A stretch of 39,210 nt of DNA from a virus. Lineage: Duplodnaviria; Caudoviricetes. Below, piece by piece: positions 34,801 to 39,210 of the stretch. Under the pieces are notes generated by a model. It was not told where the DNA came from, ran no database searches, and saw nothing but the letters and a program-made list of their open reading frames with translations. Location of the stretch: positions 1 to 39,210 of IMG/VR virus record IMGVR_UViG_3300033480_000010, one strand, 5' to 3'. How positions within the stretch are numbered: the stretch's first letter is position 1; every line of letters starts with the position of its first letter. The position numbers and the translations under genes are program-made.

Positions 34801-35106
34801 TTACTCCTGGGTTTGCTCGATCGATCTGGTTGGGTCATCAGCGAGCGGAACAGCCCACCGTCTGGCCATGCCGCGCACCACGTAACGCATGTATTCTGGT
34901 GAGAGCTCGATGGCCCGGCTGCGCGCGCGACAGATCCTCAAGACCCCCTTCTTGGCCAAATACTCAAAGTTGTCCGCGATCGCATGAGTGGAGCGTATTC
35001 CGAGCAAACGGCAGAGCTCGCGCATGGTCGGCGGGTAACCGTGCTCGCTCCAATACTCGATGATGGCCCGCATCACCTGGGCCTGCCTGTCGGTGAGCCC
35101 CTTCAC
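34801..35106 (-). CDS. LexA DNA-binding-domain-only protein
   Basis: LTDRQAQV..I.....GYPPTMREL...LGIRS......L.KKG.L.....RAIEL; no peptidase domain. Confidence 0.85.
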   Translation of the reverse strand: MKGLTDRQAQVMRAIIEYWSEHGYPPTMRELCRLLGIRSTHAIADNFEYLAKKGVLRICRARSRAIELSPEYMRYVVRGMARRWAVPLADDPTRSIEQTQE

Positions 35107-35615
35107 GATGGCGCGTCCCCGGGGCGAGAACGACGAATCGTTTGCCTGGTCGCGACTCGATAGAGAGCAGTCGTCAGGCGCTGCCACTGGGTCCCTCGTG
35201 CTTGATCCATGGCGAGGCGGAGGGTGCCCAGTGCTGTCCCGCTATCGGGTCCGGACTCGTATCGGCAGGACAGTGCGAGACGGAACAGAGACTCGAGCTC
35301 GACCGCGAGGAGCCAATCAGGGCTGTCGTCGTCGGAGATCGACTCGCACAGGATCCGGATCGCATCGTACACCGCCGGGCGGTGCCTCGAGTGGAGCCCC
35401 ACAGGCTCTGGACGTGACACCCGTCGGCGCGTGCCGGACAGCAGGCTGCGAGGTACCTCCCTGGACCGGGTGGTGCCGCACTCGCAGGCCCGGAGCTCCA
35501 GGACGACGTCGGGGTCGCCCAGGTCCTGGTAGCCTCGCCGTGCCATGCGGTCCCATGTCAATTTCGTGACACGCACCCCGCAGCACGCGCAGGCGCGCAC
35601 GACCTCCGAGCTCAT
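35103..35615 (-). CDS. Hypothetical protein with Cys pairs (possible Zn ribbon)
   Basis: CACCG..LELRACECGTT; coupled to neighbours. Confidence 0.6.
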   Translation of the reverse strand: MSSEVVRACACCGVRVTKLTWDRMARRGYQDLGDPDVVLELRACECGTTRSREVPRSLLSGTRRRVSRPEPVGLHSRHRPAVYDAIRILCESISDDDSPDWLLAVELESLFRLALSCRYESGPDSGTALGTLRLAMDQARGTQWQRLTTALYRVATRQTIRRSRPGDAPS

Positions 35616-35848
35616 AGCCGGACCCCCGAGGCGATCTGTCCCTGCCGCTGGATGCCTCTGGCGATGATGCGGCCTCGGTCGGTGAGCGACCAGGAGCCAC
35701 CATCGGTGGCGAACAGGCCCTGCTGGATCAGTTCAAGCAGCGCCAGCTGTAGCTGCTGTGACTTTGGGGTCGTAATCGTCCTGTCGGCCAGCCCGGACTC
35801 TAGGAGGATCATCTGCTCGGCGGAGTGAGTGGTCAGTACCTTAGCCAT
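35612..35848 (-). CDS. Hypothetical protein, winged-helix-like tail; first gene of the leftward early operon
   Basis: L.ELIQQGL..WSLTDRGR; start at 35848 or 35860. Confidence 0.6.
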   Translation of the reverse strand: MAKVLTTHSAEQMILLESGLADRTITTPKSQQLQLALLELIQQGLFATDGGSWSLTDRGRIIARGIQRQGQIASGVRL

Positions 35849-35850
35849 GA

Positions 35851-35862
35851 GTATGTGCATAC
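35851..35862. promoter_or_regulatory. Candidate repressor operator GTATG-N2-CATAC
   Basis: GTATGTGCATAC; same motif occurs in the cI/cro intergenic region. Confidence 0.6.
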
Positions 35863-36109
35863 CACGTCTACGGCACTGGACAATACATTTTATGCGTATG
35901 CTAATAATTCGGCCCGCTAGGTTGTTTTCCCGATTGCGCTCCGGGGCCGGATCGTCGGACCATGGCAGATCCTATGGCACCAACGGTCCAGGTGGTGGGG
36001 AGCGGGGAGTCGGTGACGCTGGCGGTCGAGCTGACGAGGGAGCAGGCCGAGGTGGCTGCTCAGGCGCTCGGAGAATCACCCTTCGAGTGGATGCGGGAGG
36101 CGGGGGAGA

Positions 36110-36610
36110 CTATCGCCTACGCTCTGGGTCGCTCGCGCTCGGGTGCATTCCAGCGAGCTGCTCTATCGCCTCCGCGAATCGCGCCACCACCCTCGCGGTA
36201 GCGACGAGCTGAGCGGGCGCGCGGTCGGCGGCCCCGAACTTCAGCGCGGTGACCACCGCCCAGGCGGCGACGGCGCTCGAATATCCGTCACGCTCGAGCT
36301 CATCGACAGCATCGGACGCGGCTTCACCTAGCGGGTACCCAGTATCCGTGAGCTCGATCCCCATCGCCCGCATGGCCTCCGACGGATTCATTCGGATGAG
36401 AGCGAGCATGACCTTGGGCCCTAACCCGTGCTTCCCGGCGATGATGTTGCTGATCGTGGACTGGCTAACGCCGCACGCCCTGGCCATCGCCAGCTGATTT
36501 CCGTCGAATCGAGCCTGCAGGATTTCTCGGATCACCTTCCTGGCAGTCTCATTCTGTCGGCTCGGGATGCTCTTGGAGGATCGGGTCACGAGGTCTAGCA
36601 TGGCACTCAC
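36110..36610 (-). CDS. CI-like immunity repressor (HTH; no recognisable S24 peptidase)
   Basis: GNQLAMARACGVSQSTISNIIAGK HTH; divergent from the Cro-like gene. Confidence 0.78.
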   Translation of the reverse strand: MSAMLDLVTRSSKSIPSRQNETARKVIREILQARFDGNQLAMARACGVSQSTISNIIAGKHGLGPKVMLALIRMNPSEAMRAMGIELTDTGYPLGEAASDAVDELERDGYSSAVAAWAVVTALKFGAADRAPAQLVATARVVARFAEAIEQLAGMHPSASDPERRR

Positions 36611-36616
36611 TCATAT

Positions 36617-36669
36617 AATGTATGGCCATAGAAAGCGCCTTGCAAGGAAGGGATGCGTATGCGCATACT
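36617..36669. promoter_or_regulatory. Divergent cI/cro promoters with two operators
   Basis: Palindromic TTGCAA 36640-36645; leftward -10 TACATT (17-bp spacer), rightward -10 CATACT (18-bp spacer); TATGGCCATA 36621-36630 and GTATGCGCATAC 36657-36668. Confidence 0.7.
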
Positions 36670-36675
36670 ACGGCT

Positions 36676-36921
36676 ATGTCGCGACCTGGACCCAATCTCC
36701 TCCTCGAATGGCGCATCGCGTCGAAGCTCTCACAAGTTCAGCTAGCCGACCAATTACAGGTCGACCAGGCCTCGGTGTCCGGGTACGAGCGCGGGAAAAT
36801 GGTCCCTCGCGTGGACATGGCCCATAAAATCCAGGTGGTTACGGGTGGAGCCGTGCCGATGACCGCCTGGATCGAGGACGTGGTCGAGGGTGGTGGGGGG
36901 AATTCGCCGGCCGCTGCCTAG
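36676..36921 (+). CDS. Cro-like XRE HTH regulator
   Basis: LSQVQLADQLQVDQASVSGYERGKMVP..IQVVTGGAV. Confidence 0.85.
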   Translation: MSRPGPNLLLEWRIASKLSQVQLADQLQVDQASVSGYERGKMVPRVDMAHKIQVVTGGAVPMTAWIEDVVEGGGGNSPAAA

Positions 36922-36929
36922 GTGCCATC

Positions 36930-37292
36930 GTGGACCGAGCCGCGTTCTCGCTGTCCGAGGCGTCCTCATACCTCGGGGTATCGCAGGAGTTATTTGACGC
37001 TCACGTGAGACCTAGTATCCGTCTGGTCCGGATCGGGCGCCGCATCCTGGTCCCGCGCACCGAGCTCGACCGATGGCTAGCCGCAAACGCTCGTGGAGTC
37101 TCCGCCTCGCCCCGCGCGCGAAAACCTGGTCAGTCCGCATCTGGCTCCCGCACGAAGGGCGCACCATCGAGCTCAGCACGGGGGAGCGAGATCCTGAAAA
37201 GGCTCATCTCCGCGGGGCGCAACTCGCAGCGGAGCAACTCGCCGGCAAGGCGCCTCCACCTAGTCCACGGAGCTCGACGTGCGAACGGATGA
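36930..37292 (+). CDS. xis: Excisionase-like HTH protein
   Basis: FSLSEASSYLGVS..VRIGRRILVPRTELDRWL; directly before the integrase. Confidence 0.78.
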   Translation: MDRAAFSLSEASSYLGVSQELFDAHVRPSIRLVRIGRRILVPRTELDRWLAANARGVSASPRARKPGQSASGSRTKGAPSSSARGSEILKRLISAGRNSQRSNSPARRLHLVHGARRANG

Positions 37293-38155
37293 GCATCGTG
37301 GATGCCGGAGCGAAGTGGCTAGAGGCGTCCTCGGGCAGGATCGGGGAGCGCACGGTCGGGGCGTATGCTCAGGTCATCAACTCACACCTGGCGAAAACGT
37401 TCGAGTCGCTGCTCGATGTCTCGCACAACTCGGTGCGCGGGTACATCGATGCTCGCCTCCGGGTCGTGCAGACACCCTCCGTGCGGCACGAGCTCTCGGT
37501 GCTCCGCCAGCTCACCCTCTGGGCTGCCGAGCAGGGGCTCATCTCCGAGCCGCCGAACGTGCCGGGGGTTCCGAGGGGAGCGCTTGGGACAGCATTCGAG
37601 AGGCGCCGTCGCGTGAAGGCCGACGAGTACAGCCCCGACGAGATTCGCGCATTCATTGCGGCCCTGCCGGAGCAGAGTCTCGACGGCGTGTTCGTGGTGC
37701 GGGCGAGACTCGAGCTCCAGTACGAGACTGCGCTCCGCTCGAGCACGCTCGATCGGCTGTCGGTGCCCGAGCATTGGCGGCCCGGAGAGCGGCAGCTCAG
37801 GCTCGCGCGGATGGTGCTCAAGAGCCGACGGGCTTACACGCTACCGCTCACCGACCGAGCGGTGGAGATCCTGACCTCGCTCCGCGTGACCTCTGGGCTC
37901 GTGTTCGGCTGGCACGATTACACCGAGTACGTGCGGGCCGCAGCCGAGCAGGCGATGCCCCAGGACAAGGCCGAGAAGTTCGCTCAGATCCATCTCCGCT
38001 CCGCTCGGGCCACCCACCTGCTCGAGATGGGCGTGCCGCTCGGGGTCGTCCAGCAGATGCTGGGACACAACCGGGCCACCACCACCGACCGCTACGTGCG
38101 GACCTCGGTGCGGGCCACCGAGCAGGCGCTCCGGAAGTTCGGGCTCCGGCGGTAG
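37073..38155 (+). CDS. int: Tyrosine recombinase / integrase
   Basis: TALRSS (Arg), HLRSARAT, QMLGH, TTDRY (Tyr); N-terminal arm-binding-like WSVRIW..ELSTGERD...A. Confidence 0.9.
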   Translation: MASRKRSWSLRLAPRAKTWSVRIWLPHEGRTIELSTGERDPEKAHLRGAQLAAEQLAGKAPPPSPRSSTCERMSIVDAGAKWLEASSGRIGERTVGAYAQVINSHLAKTFESLLDVSHNSVRGYIDARLRVVQTPSVRHELSVLRQLTLWAAEQGLISEPPNVPGVPRGALGTAFERRRRVKADEYSPDEIRAFIAALPEQSLDGVFVVRARLELQYETALRSSTLDRLSVPEHWRPGERQLRLARMVLKSRRAYTLPLTDRAVEILTSLRVTSGLVFGWHDYTEYVRAAAEQAMPQDKAEKFAQIHLRSARATHLLEMGVPLGVVQQMLGHNRATTTDRYVRTSVRATEQALRKFGLRR

Positions 38156-38157
38156 AG

Positions 38158-38450
38158 CTGGGGGACAGCTCCGAATACCCCAGTCGTCGCAGCAGCATTC
38201 CTGCCCGGCTTTGCGTCGCCTGCCACCACCTCAAGCTAGCGCGTCTGCCAGTTCCGCCACCTTCGCGAGCTGGTCGAGCACCATCTAAGCGCAGCCTGCC
38301 GCTCCGCGCAAGCGGCTTGTTTTACGCGGAATTCTGCCGGTCCGTCACGCGTACGGTGCCACGTCGCCACCGAGGAATCCGCCTCGAGCCGGCCGGTCGT
38401 CTCCCGGCTGAAACCCGCGAGGACCGGGTCGAACTGGGGTACCCCAGTCG
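38158..38450. other. Candidate attP region
   Basis: Non-coding gap after int bounded by CTGGGG(G/T)AC and TACCCCAGTCG repeats; 16-bp palindrome 38433-38448. Confidence 0.45.
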
Positions 38451-38499
38451 GGGGGTCGTCAACTCACCGTCCGCTCCGGCGGACAGAAAGTAGCCGTGT

Positions 38500-39210
38500 A
38501 TGCAACTCATCGAAGGCAAGCAACAGGCACTCGTCCTCTCGTATCGGGAGCTCGCGGTGCTCATCGCATTCAGCGCCACCGACGAGAAGGTGCCGACGCT
38601 CAACGGGGCGAGCATCCTGCTCGAGGGAACCGAGCTCATTGCCTACGCGAGCGATGGTCGCAAGTCGGTGCGCGGTGAAAACCTCGTCAGTAGGGGGTTC
38701 GAGCGTTCAGCGTGGCTCATCCCAAGACGCGAGCTCGTTTTCGCGCACCGGGCCATGCTGCCCGAGCAGGATGCGCGATTCGTGCTGAGCAAGGCAAACG
38801 TGTTCACTGTGCTCGAGTTTTGGGACGTGGAGGTCGACGGGACCAACCACAAGGCGCGCGAGGTCAACCTTCTCGATCCCATCCCATGCAACAAGCAGAT
38901 GGGACTCCCGTGCGTGGCCATCGACAAGGACCTCGACGATATCGAGGTGGTCGGGGACGTGGTTCCCATGACGCTCGCGGCCGCCTCACTTGGTGCGCTT
39001 CGGTGTCTGGCCCTCGCCGGACTCACCCCGAACCTGACCATCGAGCTCACCGCATCAGGGCGACTCCACGCCTCGACCGACGGCGGCACCATCTGGCACG
39101 CTATCGTCGCCCCGAGCATCCCGAATGCGGAGGACGGTGCGGAAGATGATGAGGACGAATCCCTCGACGAGGAGGGAAAGCTCGAGCTCAAGCCAACCGA
39201 GACGCGCGTG
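38500..39210 (+). CDS. DNA polymerase III beta-clamp-like protein, 3'-truncated by window edge
   Basis: Frame open to the end (absent from ORF track); FSATDEKVPTLNGASILLEGTELIAYASDGRK resembles the clamp central-domain motif (STDETR..LNGV....ATDGHRL); acidic tail. Confidence 0.65.
   Translation, partial: MQLIEGKQQALVLSYRELAVLIAFSATDEKVPTLNGASILLEGTELIAYASDGRKSVRGENLVSRGFERSAWLIPRRELVFAHRAMLPEQDARFVLSKANVFTVLEFWDVEVDGTNHKAREVNLLDPIPCNKQMGLPCVAIDKDLDDIEVVGDVVPMTLAAASLGALRCLALAGLTPNLTIELTASGRLHASTDGGTIWHAIVAPSIPNAEDGAEDDEDESLDEEGKLELKPTETRV

Noticed and set aside
35962-36201. 79-aa + strand ORF converging on the repressor
   Set aside because: Overlaps the repressor 3' end by 92 nt, weak SD and no motif; cannot be supported, though not excluded

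Overview
GC-rich, nearly complete temperate tailed-phage genome (or prophage interior). It is cut inside a helicase gene at the left edge and inside a DNA sliding-clamp-like gene at the right edge. The + strand carries a DnaB-N/RecA-type helicase, small regulators, a GroES-like co-chaperonin, large terminase, portal, scaffold and major capsid. These are followed by a podovirus-style tail block (adaptor, large nozzle-like protein, three ejection-like proteins; no tape measure or sheath seen), a head-spike base/fibre-like pair, an SGNH esterase and a lysis-like cassette with a papain-like protease and a GH73-like hydrolase. The - strand early arm (29.4-36.6 kb) carries a metalloprotease lipoprotein, RecE-like exonuclease, RNAP alpha-CTD-like protein, LexA-DBD protein and CI-like repressor. 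Cro, Xis, a tyrosine integrase and a candidate attP follow on +. Most notable: (i) one ~100-aa domain inserted four times into two core tail proteins, (ii) a candidate -1 frameshift fusing the LamG fibre to the esterase, (iii) a tRNA-like element with an upstream hairpin, (iv) a cI/cro switch sharing one palindromic -35 with leaderless starts, (v) xis/int overlap with two possible integrase starts. All calls come from motif recognition by eye; no database searches were run. The host is unknown (Myxococcota is only a guess).
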